A DNA stretch of 64,000 nucleotides from Eledone cirrhosa (GCA_964016885.1 OZ024748.1:58032001-58096000); one strand, 5' to 3'; counted from the first letter of the stretch, positions 42,481 to 56,616 are shown. A program made the numbers and translations. Notes: generated by a model not told the origin, from the sequence alone.

Positions 42481-44662
42481 GATGAGATGTGAACATAGAT
42501 TTTCTTCTGTAATTATCTGCTATCGATTTTTTAACTCATATTTTTTTATGTTTCAAACGATTTATAATTGTCTTCAAATGGTAATCAAGGTGGTTTACTA
42601 TGGCATTATTCTGTTCTCACCACATAACCACGTAAATTCGACCATATTTATTCCATTGAATAAGGTAGGGGGAATAACCTGCAAGAAACCAAAATTGTCT
42701 GTTATGCTTTTAGTCCCTTGCGTGTTGCCATGGCGATAATATATGCCGGTATATTAGTGATTTGCAGGATATGCTTTTGAGAGGATTCTATATATATATT
42801 GTTCAGTGTATCTACTGAAATATCCTTATTTATGTTGAATGTTTGGACATATGTATGTATGTAAATATTCTTATATGTAGAGGGTAATTAATGTTTTAAT
42901 TCAAATGATGTTGCTGGATATTTTAGCAAAGATTTAATTCATTATATTTTACTCTCACTGCTACATTTGCCATGTCTAATGTTTCATCAATATTTTCATT
43001 ATACATTGCGAGTTATTTTAAGTAATATTTTAGTTGTAGGCTTTGTTTTCATTCGATTACAGTTTCGCAGGAATTCGATTGAATACACTGTTTATTATTG
43101 GTACGACGAAACCTGGAGGGATAAAAAATAATTTTTAAATGTTTTTATTTTATTCTATTTATTTGATCGCATTTGTTCTTTTACCGTTTGGCTGCATCCA
43201 GTCATTCGACCGTGTCTATACTGCTGCATTGTTAATCATTTTCCGTACATGCTACAATGATAAGGCGTCTAACGTCAGTCTGCAGAGCCAATAATATAAC
43301 CCTCCCAACTTTCGTTGCAGATGATAAGTTTTTATTTCTATCGGTGGAAGGGGGGTGAAAGAACAAGGTGTTATTTTAATAAATATAGATCGGTTCTTGT
43401 TTGTAACGGATATATGATCGCCTTTAGATAAATATAGATGGTATAACAGAATAAGAATGCATTAAGTGATGTAACTTTCTAACAATGCTTTCTTTTAGAT
43501 TTCCAAACTCATTTATATAAATAGAAAATGTAAATACGCAAAGACGCGCACATTCGGGAAACGTACATTCACCCTAATCGTATAGTGTGTGCGGTATCGG
43601 ACATGGCGGTGATTGTTTCAGCTGTTATAACAGCTGAAAGTGCAACTAACTTATCATTTCAAAGACACAACTACACATAATGTAGTTTACAGTGAGATAT
43701 AACAATGATACGTTGTGTGGTAAGCTTGGCCATTTTAATTATAATTACAAAACATTCTTCCTGGATGGGCATTTTAAAATAAGGTTTCTTGTACAACAAC
43801 ACAATGCCCCTCTGGATGACGCTATTGGGATCTTATAATTATAAGACAAATATACCGACTATTATACAAAGTGTTTATTACAAATATAAAGTGATATTAC
43901 AGTTCACCAAATGCGTCTAAATATTCCTCTCACATTTTATACTAGTTGAGCCTCTATGAGAGTTTATGAGAGTTGAACTAAGTATTGCTGTCTCCTCGGA
44001 ATTTCCATATCCTAATCATCTTGCACACGGCGAAGACATTTTAGATATACTTCAGGAACACATTAAATGAGAATATGTAGCAATTATTTTTACGTAAATT
44101 GTTTATATTTAGACAACTATTCACAATTTAAACGATATATTATCATTAGATATTTTTCCAATAAAATTAAATGAATATAACTTAACTTTTAAATTTTCTA
44201 TTTCTGCTAAATTCACAGATGGAAAAACGAACGACATATGTGTTACAAAATAAATTAACTTTCTTGATAAATAATTACTAAATATATACATAGTAAAATG
44301 ATTGAGGCTTCTTGGTTAAGTTAAAAGATAATGACTTCAAAATTAGAAAATTGGTTTCTCAATCTGTATCGTAGTTTCTTGCTGAATAGACTGAAATACA
44401 TTTTTAATTCAATGAAACATGTGTGTCATTTAATCTGGCCGAAACGACGTATGCCCTTTCCCAGTTCAGCGTTCAAAAACTACGCTCTTCTAATGTTTCT
44501 GTATATCCATAAGACCCGTATTGCCTTGACTCAATTAATTGATAGAAGTTTATATGACAAAGATCTATAGTAGCAATCTCACACACTTTCCCTTGACTCC
44601 CGCTTTACATTTCTAATTAATTTTTCCAGCCAAAGATTGAGATTATTATTCTCTAGCTTTAG

Positions 44663-44883
44663 GGCGGTATATTGGCAGTATCGGTGAGCGTCAGGACTCC
44701 ATGCAATGCAGTATACAGTTATGGCCCTTTATGTTCTGAGTTCAAATCCTACTGAGGTTAGCTTTGCCTTTCATCTTTACGGGGTCGATAAAATAAAGTA
44801 CCAGTAACGCACTGGTGTCGATTTAATAGACTTTTACTCTCCCCCAAATTGTTGACTTTGTACCTAAATGAGAAACTATTATT
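44663..44883 (+). mobile_element. SINE copy (long-tail variant)
   Basis: Head, core, GCACTGGTGTCGATTTAA..CCCCCAAATTG insert, tail. Confidence 0.85.
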
Positions 44884-46670
44884 CTCGGGATCTGTTGCTT
44901 TCCCTAGCTAGATGGCAATAAGTGAAACACCCTAGCGTAATGAAGATTCCGCTATTAGGCAGCAATATGAATGTCATGTACAGGTTCTGATATATATTTG
45001 TAAGTGTTAATATAACTATGAACTGGAGTAGTATCTATATTAAAGTGACATTTAAACATAAATCGCATATTATATTTAATTTTTCATAAGATTATTAAAA
45101 TATACCAATGACATTTAGAATTTTCTGGAAAGAAATGGCAGTCTTTAATCATGTTCTTTTATTTAGTGTGGTGATTTAATATATTGTATTCTAAGTTGGT
45201 CTTGTCTAAACATATTTTAAATTTTAAGTCGCTGTTCAATACGTGATTACAATCTCATTTGAGATCGATATGCTGTTGTAATTTATAAAGATGATGAACG
45301 AAGCGACGATGAAAAATTAATTTCGAATAAAATATTCAATATAACCAGAAACTAATAAAACAAGTGCTGAGCTTGGCAAAAACACATATAATAATTTCAA
45401 AATAAAAATAAAAATATTTCGATAACAATTGATATTCTGAAAATGAACAGCGATATTAATTTTTTCTCAAACGTATTTATCAATTTGCTAGGTTCATCAA
45501 GCTGTACTGATAGAAATAGACGAAACAATTTCAATTGAAAAGGATTATTATGAATACAAATTTGTAATTAAAACAATGTGTATTAAATATACTAGGTGAC
45601 CCCGTGCCATCAAATATGACGGCTAATTGTAGTATCTATATATAATATATAAAAGGTGATGTTTCATTGTTGGTTGGGTGGTACTTCGCACTCACACAAG
45701 TGATGAATCTTAGAACGTTGGACGTCTATAGTTTCTCAGACCCTCCTTCCCCAGTCATCACATAGATGTGTGTGTATGTAAAACTTATTAATATCAATAG
45801 TATTATAGAAATTGGTACTAGTTTCGCAGTTCATGTGTTGATAGTCAAAGTTGGAGTTCAAGATGTCAGGTCGGTTCAGTGTGTTGGATTGTTGGATCTT
45901 AAAAGATTGTTCCGTTCCGTGTGGTTATTTCCGTTTGTTTCTATATATTATTACACTGTTGCAGTGTATTCGTTTATCCATAAGGACGTACCACCACCAT
46001 TCACAGCGAACTAAGAATATTTCCATATGATTCCAAGCTACAGAAGGTCATCTACGTAGTGTGACCACACATGCCTTCATATGGAGTTGTTTGTCGTTAC
46101 CAAATGGGTGGAATAAATGAATACACTAATAAACGAGGATCTGTGATTATCTACCTTGGAAAAGATGAACCTAAGTTACTATATTCCCTTCCCAACTTGT
46201 TGAAGCACCCGCAGAAAAAAACAATGGTTGCATGTTCCGCATGATGTATTTGTGTATGTGTAGGACTTTTCAGCCTGGGGTTATTCACACCATTATAGTT
46301 TTCCCTATCTTCAGCCAGTCCCCTCCGGAATCTTGTTGTTAGCTGATTTCTGCCGAATCGATAAAAAAAGAAACATCATTACGATGATTAATGGACGTAC
46401 ATAAATATATATGTATAGATCTCTAGAGAGTTATATCTCCTGATTCCACAGGATACGGTTTAATATAAACTGACAATATAGTTCAATTGTGTGTGTATTA
46501 TAATTAGTAAATATTTCTTCTTGTGATTGTTTAATACAGTTGTTATTATCCACAAGGAAAGATTTTTTTATTTTATCTGCTCCTGATATAAATTATATAC
46601 ATATAGTTGAAATTATTGGCTGGCGTACGCGTGTCCACACACACATGCACACCCACACATGTATTATATA

Positions 46671-46738
<68 letters not shown>

Positions 46739-46879
46739 AGTTTATGTTGGTTGTATACCAACACCTCAGTATGCAGGCTGGAGCACTCGACGAAGTGCGC
46801 AGGTTGGTTTGGTTACTCCGGAGTAGTGTAAAATAAAGTTAAATAAAAGTCAAATGATTAAAATTTAGCTTCGTTTATT

Positions 46880-46934
46880 ACTGCTATATATATTTCAGTG
46901 ACAGCCATCTTTGGCTGTGACCTCTTCAGGCAGT
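46880..46934 (-). ncRNA. Type I hammerhead ribozyme (family C), intact
   Basis: Reverse complement of 47079-47133. Confidence 0.85.
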
Positions 46935-47078
46935 TTGAATTAGTATGGTATAGACAAGTACATATGTTGTTTAGGTGTATGATATTGTCAATACTCTGAT
47001 ATGCCCAGTTCCTTGTTGGGTTGTTAATTCACTGGGGAACTGGAGTCATATGTACTTGTCTATACCATACTAATTCAA

Positions 47079-47133
47079 ACTGCCTGAAGAGGTCACAGCC
47101 AAAGATGGCTGTCACTGAAATATATATAGCAGT
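47079..47133 (+). ncRNA. Type I hammerhead ribozyme (family C), intact
   Basis: ACTGC CTGAAGA GGTcACAGCCA aaga TGGCTGTcACT GAAA TATATA TA GCAGT, followed by AATAAA. Confidence 0.85.
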
Positions 47134-48000
47134 AATAAACGAAGCTAAATTTTAATCATTTGACTTTTATTTAACTTTATTTTATATATATATATATATA
47201 TATATTAGTACATTTGTATGAACTACCTCGTTTCTCAAGGGAAATATTCGAAGCGATAGATATGTAGTATGGTTATATATCATATGAGCAACGCTTACGG
47301 AAGGAGGAGACGAAGACATTAAGTCATATATACAGGGAACAATATGGTGAATATGTAAATCGGAATTATTTATAGAAACTAGTTACAGTTTATTTGCAGA
47401 TAAAATTACATAAAATATACATCTCTGCAATTTTTAAAAACGAAAAAATGGATACATATCGGAAATAACACGTACGTGTTAATTTAAACATAAACGGTTA
47501 GAAATTGGTCGAAAGCATATAAGTGTTCTTCTTTTCTCCTCAAGGCAAACAATTGAAACATAAACGATATTTATAGTAATGTAATAGCTTGGGTTTTATA
47601 GTAATATGCACAGCACAAAATGACATTACATATAAATATGTGTGTTTATTTGCATGTACATAAAATCACAAGGGAAGCTAGGCCAAACATACAATACACA
47701 TATAAGGTACATACATACTTACCCACACACATGGATTTTACATTCATTTAAATTTATTAATTTATTAATATTTTTTATCTGATTGTCCCGAATCTTCTGT
47801 TATCGATTTTTTATCGTGCGGTTGATTTTAGACTTGTTCTATGTGTGACGGTATTTTAACGATAGTTATAGCTCTGATTTATCTGAATTATTGAGCCCTC
47901 TGCCGCTCATTTCGAATTTTGTTTATCGTGAACTCGTGCGCCGATTTTTCGATACTCGATCATTCTAATATATATACATATATATATATATATATGTATA

Positions 48001-48059
<59 letters not shown>

Positions 48060-48126
48060 TAAAAAGATGAAATCGAAAATTCAACTGGAGTCTTTTTTCT
48101 TTTAAATATATATATTTATTTGTATA

Positions 48127-49157
48127 TCTGTATATATATAAAATTAAGTATGTGTGTCAGTGTGTGTCTGTGTGTCTGTGTATTACCTATTTACCTATAG
48201 GGGCCTACATCTTACGACTGATTTTCATGAAACTTTACAGGCTCATAGATTAGTCATCGGGAAGTGTTTTCCATATATCAGCGTATCGTTTTTTTTTATT
48301 CCGGGGTCATTCTGCAGATAAAAATCGATAAGGGTGTCACCTTTTTTTAGGTTTCGAAAAATAAGATTCTTTGCTCTAGCTCTCACATTTTGCCGCCGAT
48401 TTCGTTCAAATTTTAAATCAAACTAGAATTTATCATTACACATGGTGCAATAGCTTTATATTTTGCATTTATTATTCGGGAACGGCGTGGCAGCCGCATA
48501 AATATTCAAAAATACCACTTTTAGACTCAAATTTCCACTTTTTCGGCTCTCGCTCCCACATAAATAAACGTACTTTATTCAAATGTTACACTACGCTAGA
48601 TCTGATTAATTCACGTCTTGAAGTGGCTTTACATTTTGGATTTTCTGTTCAGGAACGGCGTGGCAGCCGCTTAAATATTCGAAAATACAACCTTTTCGCT
48701 CAAATTTCCGCCTTTTTGGCACTACCTCTGAACATTTTTTAACCGATTTCGTTCAAATTCGAAACTTCGGCTCAACCTCACACATAAATCAATTTATTTG
48801 GTTCAACTTCTATACTACGATAGAACCTGTCATTGCACATCTTATAGATGGTCAAAGGAAAAACGATGGCCACTGACGTCGTCTGAGCTTTTAGTTGTGT
48901 ATTTAAGAATTCATCGGTTTCCAATCAAGTAGCTTGAGGAAATTTGTCTTCGTGTTAGAGATCATTACCTCCGTCCCCTGACATGCCCCTTCGTCAGTCA
49001 CCCGCGTTTCTCAGTGATAGAGGTCATCACCACCCTCCCTCGCATGGCCTGTGTGTGGCCATAGATGAGTCATCGAGAAGCAGTCGCTAAGATCAACACC
49101 TTTTCATCAAAGCAGATATTATTTTACCTACCCAGGCACGCTGGGTACTGCTGATAG
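48127..49157 (+). mobile_element. Non-autonomous Helitron-like element with internal ~175-bp subrepeats
   Basis: 5' TCTGTATATATATAAAA + GTCT/GTGT microsatellite. GGAACGGCGTGGCAGCCGC at ~48479 and ~48652. 3' hairpin CCCAGGCACGCTGGG, then ATAG (degenerate CTAG). Confidence 0.7.
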
Positions 49158-49301
49158 CATATATATATATATATTTAAAAAAAAAAGACACCAGTTGCAT
49201 TTTTTATTTCATAATGTTTCCTTATAATTTCACTCGTGTAGGACAACTCGGATATTTTTCATTCTGTAAAAAAAACCTCACTTTCTAATATATATATATA
49301 T

Positions 49302-49495
49302 ATAGGAAAACATTTGATCCCGACGGCAGAGCTCAAGCCGTCTCGACGGGTATTTCTGTCCAGAAATAGCCGTCGAAACGGCTTGAGCTCTGCCGTCGGG
49401 GTCAAACATTTTCCTATTACCCACTCTTCTATTCTAATTATTGAGTACTCTGGTGCGTTATGATACATCTGATTCCTTACCACACCTCCTTCATT
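49302..49495. mobile_element. Palindromic PLE-type remnant family D
   Basis: Palindrome centred on TATTTCTG tc CAGAAATA; tail on the + arm; TA-flanked. Confidence 0.7.
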
Positions 49496-49502
49496 ATATA
49501 TA

Positions 49503-49977
49503 TATTAGTATTGGTGCTCTGAAATAGCGATGTCTACATGGTTGTATGTATAGTATATTTGGCAATATACTGTATGTGTAATTAAAAACATTTAGAAGTC
49601 CATTCGCTATGATTTGTAAAGTAGTGACTTAATCTCGCTTACTTAATCTCGGCATTCATGTATACATCACTATTTCAGAGCACCAATACTAATACATAAT
49701 TTTTGCTGGACCGGCAATCGCTCAGTATGATCAGCTCCTGATTATATCTGGAATTCTATAAGAATCCAGCGTCTATAAATCTCGGCAAAGGCGGCAGAGT
49801 GTGTGCTCTCGATAAACGCTTACAAGCGAGAAACAGACTGTCTGTTGGCCATTCTCTGTTACTTTTGCCGAAATTAAATGACAAAATCACTACTTTAAAA
49901 CTCATAGCGAATGGTGTTCTAAATGTTTTTTTTTTAATTAAACATACAGTATATTCCCAAAAATATTATACATACAT
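49503..49977. mobile_element. MITE-like unit (49503-49694, ~35-bp inverted ends) plus a longer inverted copy of the same family
   Basis: TATTAGTATTGGTGCTCTGAAATAGCGATGT / ACATCACTATTTCAGAGCACCAATACTAATA. 49745-49977 is the reverse complement of the 39281 copy. Confidence 0.6.
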
Positions 49978-49998
49978 TCATATATATATATATATATA

Positions 49999-50204
49999 CA
50001 ACAAAGAGGGTATGGTAAGATACCAGATGGACCATAACGCACCAGAGTATTCAATACTTAGGGTCGTATAATGGGAAATACGAAAAGAGTCAGGAACCCG
50101 ACGGCTGAGCTCCAGCCCTTTCGATAGCTAGATCCGAAAGCATCTGTTCGGATCTAGCTATCGGAAGGGCTGGTGCTCGGTCGTCGGAGTCATGACTCTC
50201 TTAC
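49999..50204. mobile_element. Palindromic PLE-type remnant, subfamily D'
   Basis: Shares tail CCAGATGGACCATAACGCACCAGAGTA with D. Palindrome GATAGCTAGATCCGAA..TTCGGATCTAGCTATC. Minus strand GAAAgGGCTG GAGCT CAGCCGTC. Confidence 0.65.
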
Positions 50205-50965
50205 TATATATATGAGCACTCTATATAAATACCAAAATATATATATTATAAACCAAAGGAGGTTTCACATTAAGGACTTTATTGATTATCTATAGTTACA
50301 GACTTTTCAAACAATGTTGACTCAGGATTCATTTAATATATACCCTGCCAAAGCATAGAGTGATGATTTTAGTATCCCCCACATTAAAACATGAAACTAC
50401 ATTCTGCTTCACGTTCATAGTTATCACTTCTCTCTTACTCCATTCCCTCTATGTGTGCACGCAGTTAATTTACTCACCAACACGTTCGCAATATATTCTT
50501 CCATCCATACTTATAATTATCATTTATCAAATTTCACATGTTCAATACAATAACACTCATTCATATTTATGTGACATTATACAGGTTTGTGCAGTTTCTT
50601 TCTTCATTTTGCGTTGTTCTTTTTAAAAACATTGCAATCATTCCATCTTAGTCACATTAACAAATGATTTATAGCACGTATGCTTTTCTATGAATTTCTA
50701 AAGAGATATTTTAATGAAGAGCTGCGATCTTCTTCTCACATAATTCTTTCATTTTAAATATATTCATTTTTACAAAAGCAAATAATTATTTCAGTGCTCA
50801 AAAATGATAAAACACAGACATACTACATATTGTTTTTGTCATACAAAATGGCTTAATTATATTGCATATAATACTAGTCGTATCTATTGCAGCTCTAAAT
50901 GTGTGGGGAATTTGAATCCTAATTGTTTCAGGAATATTATTTTGGCAAATAAGACGTATATCAAA

Positions 50966-53093
50966 TATAAACTGAACTGCAGAGACGTTCAAATGTCTTT
51001 CCGTTCTTTAAATGTTATACTTCGTTATTATTCTGCCAAGAATGTGCGACCATAGTTTATATTTGCAATGGAATAACTAGTGGAGACATAGGTTACGTGG
51101 TCATATGTAACGATCCGTCTCTTATAATTCTCTCTTCATTTTATCATTCAGTTTTATATTGAATTCCGTCTCATACAATGGACATTCATAAGCCGTTATA
51201 AAATCAGCGATGCACTGAAATTTTATCTGTCGTATCATAATGTATCTCCACAGTAATATGTAATTTAACAATAATTTTTAATATTTAACAAATTTCTTTA
51301 TAAAACAATATCACAATTTAAACATCTATCAAATGCAGTTCAAACTTCCGGTTATATTTGTCTACAAATTACACCCCTAATCACTGCTATCGGATCGGAG
51401 TTGGCTGAAAGAAGGTGCAAGACATACAAAGTGGAGTGGATGTTGCAGTGCGTCCCCTCGCCATACCCAGGGGAAATGTATTCTCCATCCTATCGATCGT
51501 GATCCAGAAGTGATGGGCGAATTAGTCGGTTGTGAAAGATATTTGTCAGGGCGTCATTTTCACATATATTTTAAATAGCAAAGAAATTAATTTCGATTCA
51601 CTTTTTCGGACACTGTCAACAAAAGGTAAAATTTACATTAGTAATTAAGTTTAATTCGTCCAGAGTTAATCTAACATCTGAAGATGAAAGCCAGAATCCC
51701 AGGATAACCTAGATGACAATATATTCATACTTGTCTACAATGTAATCCACATTCAACACTGGATTCTATGTAAATCTTCATAGACTATATTCGATAAAAT
51801 GAATGGCATTAATCCTCCAGAATTCCCCATGCATTTGTCCTTATTGGGGAGGGATTTGTATGAATGAAAATTTTAAGGACGCATATAATATTTGCATTAG
51901 GAACATTTCTATATTTGCACGCGTTCTGAATTTTCTACATGATATACAACATTTAAACAAAATAAAGGAACTGATCAATTATGCCAGATATACATACTCT
52001 CCTGGTTTTTTTAAAATAGACCAACATAATTATAGTATTGGCATACGTAATGTGAATCATTTAATGTAATCTTTTGCATGTAAAGTAATTGTAAATGCAG
52101 TGATTCTCCTTTCATTGTCATAACTATTGGTTTACCAATAGCATCTTTATTTAAACTTTGAATGATATATAACTTGGGTGCTATCCATCATTAAATATGA
52201 TAGTAAGAAATCCAGAGGGTAGTTGAATATTCTCACACTAGGTTTCGAAATTATGAAAATATGAAACTGGTTTAGTTGATGTAAATATATCTATAAAACT
52301 TTTGTACAACTTTTCTTTATACTTTTCTTTATAATTTTCTTCATACTTTTCTTTATACACTACCGTGTATAACATATCTCCCCACATACACACACATGCA
52401 CACACACACACAGTTATGTATATAGTCACATAACTGCATGGGGATGTTAGAGAAAAGTGAATCGAAATTAATTTCATTGGTATTTAAAATATATGTGAAA
52501 GTGACGCCCTGACAAATATCTTTCACAACCGACTAATTCGCCTACCGCTTCTGGATCACGATCTATAGGATGGAGAATATATTTCCCCTGAGTATGGCGA
52601 GGGGGCGCACTGCAACAGGCACTCCACTTTGTAGGTCTTGCATTTTCTTCCAGCCAACTCCGATCCGATAGCAGTGATTAGGGGTGTAGTTTGTAGATAA
52701 ATATAACCGGAAGTCTGAACTGCATTTGCTAGATGTTTAAATTGTGATATTTCTTTATAAATAAATTTGTTAGATATTAAAAATTATTGTTAAATTACAT
52801 ATTACTGTGGAGATGTATTATGATACGACAGATAAAATTTCAGTGCATCGCTGATTATATAACGGCTTATGAATGTCCATTGTATGAGACGAAATTCAAT
52901 ATAAAACTGAATGATAAAATGAAGAGAGAATTATAAGGGACGGATCGTTAGATATTGCCACGGAACCTATGTCTCCACTAGTTATTCCATTGCAAATATA
53001 AACTATGGTCGCACATTCTTGGCAGAATAATAACGAAGTGTAAAATGTAAAGAACGGAAAGACACTTGAACGTCTCTGCAATTCAGTTCATAT
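50966..53093. mobile_element. Long inverted repeat (arms ~50966-51605 and ~52453-53093, ~850-bp spacer); possible foldback/long-TIR DNA element
   Basis: Arms are continuously alignable reverse complements with scattered substitutions. TATA at both outer ends. No transposase ORF. Confidence 0.75.
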
Positions 53094-53459
53094 AATTGGA
53101 AGTTTGAAATCATTATTGTATACTTAATCTTTTTTTCTTCTCCCATAGTATCATTATATCTTATTTAACATCCCCCATGTGACGATATTACTAGAACTGT
53201 GTATATTTAATAAAATATTATATATAATAAATATATGTTATTCTTTAATATATAAAATATAGTTACAATATTGACATTTTTTACATTTCAATTTACAGAT
53301 ATTTCCATTGTTTCTGTGAAATATTATTTGACACTGACGATGATCCCAAATATAAATATATCGACAGTCGACCGACTTTCGTCAAATCGGACCGGTGAAA
53401 AAATGTTTCCTTGGTCTTTCCAATTGCTAATACTATATATCGGTCGCATCTTCAGGTAG

Positions 53460-53564
53460 AAGGAGCAACGTGAAATAATGTTTTGTTTGCTCAAGGACAT
53501 AACGCCTTTGCCTGGTCCAGGAATCGAACTCACAACCTCACGATTGGGAATCCACCTCTTTACC

Positions 53565-53569
<5 letters not shown>
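53460..53569 (-). mobile_element. 5' part of a CORE-like tRNA SINE
   Basis: Reverse complement TAGTGGGTAAAG..GTGAGTTCGATTCCTGGACC..TGTCCTTGAGCAA. Confidence 0.7.
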
Positions 53570-53623
<54 letters not shown>

Positions 53624-56277
53624 TATGCACGAGCGATGTCCTTAAACACATAACCATTCCCGTGTGCACGTGTACGCTAGGGCACTGCAATGGATTTGTG
53701 GTTAGTCCTCACATCAATACAACTTCGCTTAACAATCATGACCTGCCAGATTCCATCCTCCTGAATGAAGCATTGTGTCAGTAACATAACGTATACAAGG
53801 TCTTCTCCAACACTTGTGAGTGAGATTGAAATTCTGTAGAAGATTATGAGAAGGATTTTATCTCTTATTAAAATAAAACAAACATCATGTTTAACATACT
53901 ATGTAACCGTATGCAACTATACACATGTATGTTAGCATGTCAGCGCAATTTGGAGCTAAACTACAGGCACTATGTATAAATATGTCACATATATGAACAT
54001 GGTGTTGCTTAAACCTGTTGGTAATTATTCATAAGAATGTTCGTCTATGCGTTATCATTTCTACTTATATATTGTAGGTTACATGGACTTTTATCACATA
54101 GTGTCTTTAATACTTCTTTAAGTGTTTCCTTGACCTATAGGTAATTTCTGACATACAATGGCGGCCTAATATTCTAGCATCAGAAAATAACCACTTGTCT
54201 TTTCAGAAACAATACTTAATATCCGACATGACGCCATTTCTTCTTAATACACGTTGTACATCTTTTACTACAAAATATATTTGAGTTTTGTTTTTTTCCA
54301 ATTCATCAGAATGCAATATGTCCAATCCACTGTGTATTATTCCATTAAACATGTTATTTTATGTCATATATTTCCGTATTTCCTTTGATTCCAATACACA
54401 CGCTTGGGATTTAAACATTGTTAATAACATAAAAGTTTTATATCATATTTATCATAACGGTTTACATCACCATGCGCATTAATAATAAGATTACTTTGTC
54501 ACCCAGAGGAAATAATATCATAAGTTGGCAAGTGAACAAACGTTTAGAATTCTGTTTCTTTCAATTATATATTAAGTTCCTTATACCATTAATTATTATT
54601 CAAGGTGGGAATTTATCACAACGGTAGGTGCGTCAGTTTAAAAGTCTTGCAGTATTAGTTTCGACTTTAAGCGCTCAGCTTTCAAAATATGCCGGTATCA
54701 AATGGAATTTCATCATTTCTGGATAAACAAAGAAAAATAGAAATATAAGTTCTTTGCCTGAGTCCAGAGTCGGTTGAAATGTAACAGGTATTCTAAATTC
54801 ACCGGTAATCTGACCTTCGGGAACATACTATTGTTGATAAAGTTTTTATATTAACATCAATAAAAGTGCCAATCCTAAAAATGTGCAATATTATCTAGGG
54901 TGGGTAATGGATGCTGCTAACACTCATGTAACGAAAAGATCTCGACGTAAAATATAGTATATTTATCATTATCTACTATGTTAAATGTTATTTCAGAGAT
55001 CAGCCTTTATTCATCTATAAAATAAAGATCAATCTAATAGCCCCCATCTCAACATTACCTTCAGCATTATGCCACATCTACATATCGGTATTCAGTAATT
55101 CATTAGAGCGATGAATTTTCTGAGCAGCTATACTTGTACCCAGGTTAAAAAAGTAAAGAAAAAAGGAGGAGTGTTGACAGAATTCATTACACCGTCGAAA
55201 ATAATTCAGCTAAGGTTTACATGCATGATTCAGATCCAGCCAGTCTTAGCTATTTATTATCACATCCCGAGACTCGATAAAATAAAGCATCCTTCTTATT
55301 CTGGCCACTGTAATCTACAGTGCCTTCCCCACTAAATTACTGACCTTGTGCTTAAATTAGTAACATTTATTAAATAATTTAGTGAGTTATTATCTGATTA
55401 GCTTAATAACCTGCCACATGTTTTATGTTAAAAGCAACTTCTTATTCATTAATATTTTTTATACTTAATTCCTCGTTAAATATTTTAAAACATATCATCA
55501 AAAGTGATCTCAGTCACCGATTACAATATTTATAGGAAATATCCATTAATATGCAATAATGTTACTGGAGCTAGCTTGATTTATTAAAAGGTGACTTTTT
55601 TCCATTATATCTCTCTTTAATGTACATAATAAGCATTAGCATATTCGTTCGGATTCCGTTTCTAACAGCCTTCTTATAATATATATGTATGTATATATAA
55701 ATATAGATATATATAAATGAAAAATGGTGTGCTGCGTTGTTGCGAACGTGATACATATCATGAGTGATCTTCTGGCCATCATAGATATTTCTTCGCATTA
55801 AAGATCAGATACCTCAGGTCAGCGCGAACAATAACTAAAGTAAGTTATTGGGATAAAAAGAATTGGGTGGAGAAAGAGAGACATGTAAAAAACAAGAATG
55901 TTGAAGCAACGTAAAGAGTGGAAAATGAGAAAACAAGTCAGTGATACATGTGAACATAAGATCTAGCGAATCATTGACGAGAAGACGAAAGACGCATCCA
56001 AGCCATGCGAAATCTGAGCGAGAAAATATTTTCACACCGGTCAAACGGGAGGAAGTGAGAGAGGGTGAGTAGCAGAGAGTGAGTGAGTGAAAGTGTGAGG
56101 AAGAGGCTAGCCGAGAGAGGGTGAATGAAAGTAAGAGGTACAAGGAGAGAGAAAGAGGATGGCAGTAAGGGAAGAGAAAAAACAGGTCACAGTGAAGGGA
56201 AAAAAATAGGAATGAAATATGGCGTGCTGCGTTGTTCCGAATGTAATACATATGAATTAAAACATTCCATTCGCTGT

Positions 56278-56336
<59 letters not shown>

Positions 56337-56575
56337 ATGTATGTATATACATACTACTGTACGTCTGTATACATATATGTATGTACGTATACATACTTGT
56401 ATTTAAATATCAGCCGTACTCAGATTGAGAAATGAAATTTCATTTTTTCCATTTATCATTTTTGATACGCCCGGCCGACTAAGTCACTCTATATGCAAAT
56501 TAGGCTGCTCAGCCGTTAATATGCATAAGGAAAGTATATACTTTCAAACGTTCAATCGACTGACAGGAAGGTATA

Positions 56576-56616
56576 CGGTGCTGATGACAGCTAATAAGCT
56601 AGAATCTAGTCCATCG
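56576..56616 (+). ncRNA. Degenerate minimal hammerhead in a PLE-type remnant (~56410-56732)
   Basis: CGGTG CTGATGA c AGCT aata AGCT a GAAT CTAG TC CATCG (GAAA>GAAT). Tail has GAATACT and hairpin CCGAATAT..ATGTTCGG before the TA array. Confidence 0.6.

Larger units (their letters stand above)
46734..47184. mobile_element. PLE remnant family C: near-identical inverted arms 46829-46966 / 47047-47184, plus a ~95-nt tail on the - arm
   Basis: Direct inverted repeat with TA flanks and a hammerhead in each arm. Confidence 0.85.

Noticed and set aside
55715-56260. Repeated ATGG.GTGCTGCGTTGTT.CGAA.GT.ATACATAT segment
   Set aside because: A real ~45-bp direct repeat, but no element class could be assigned.
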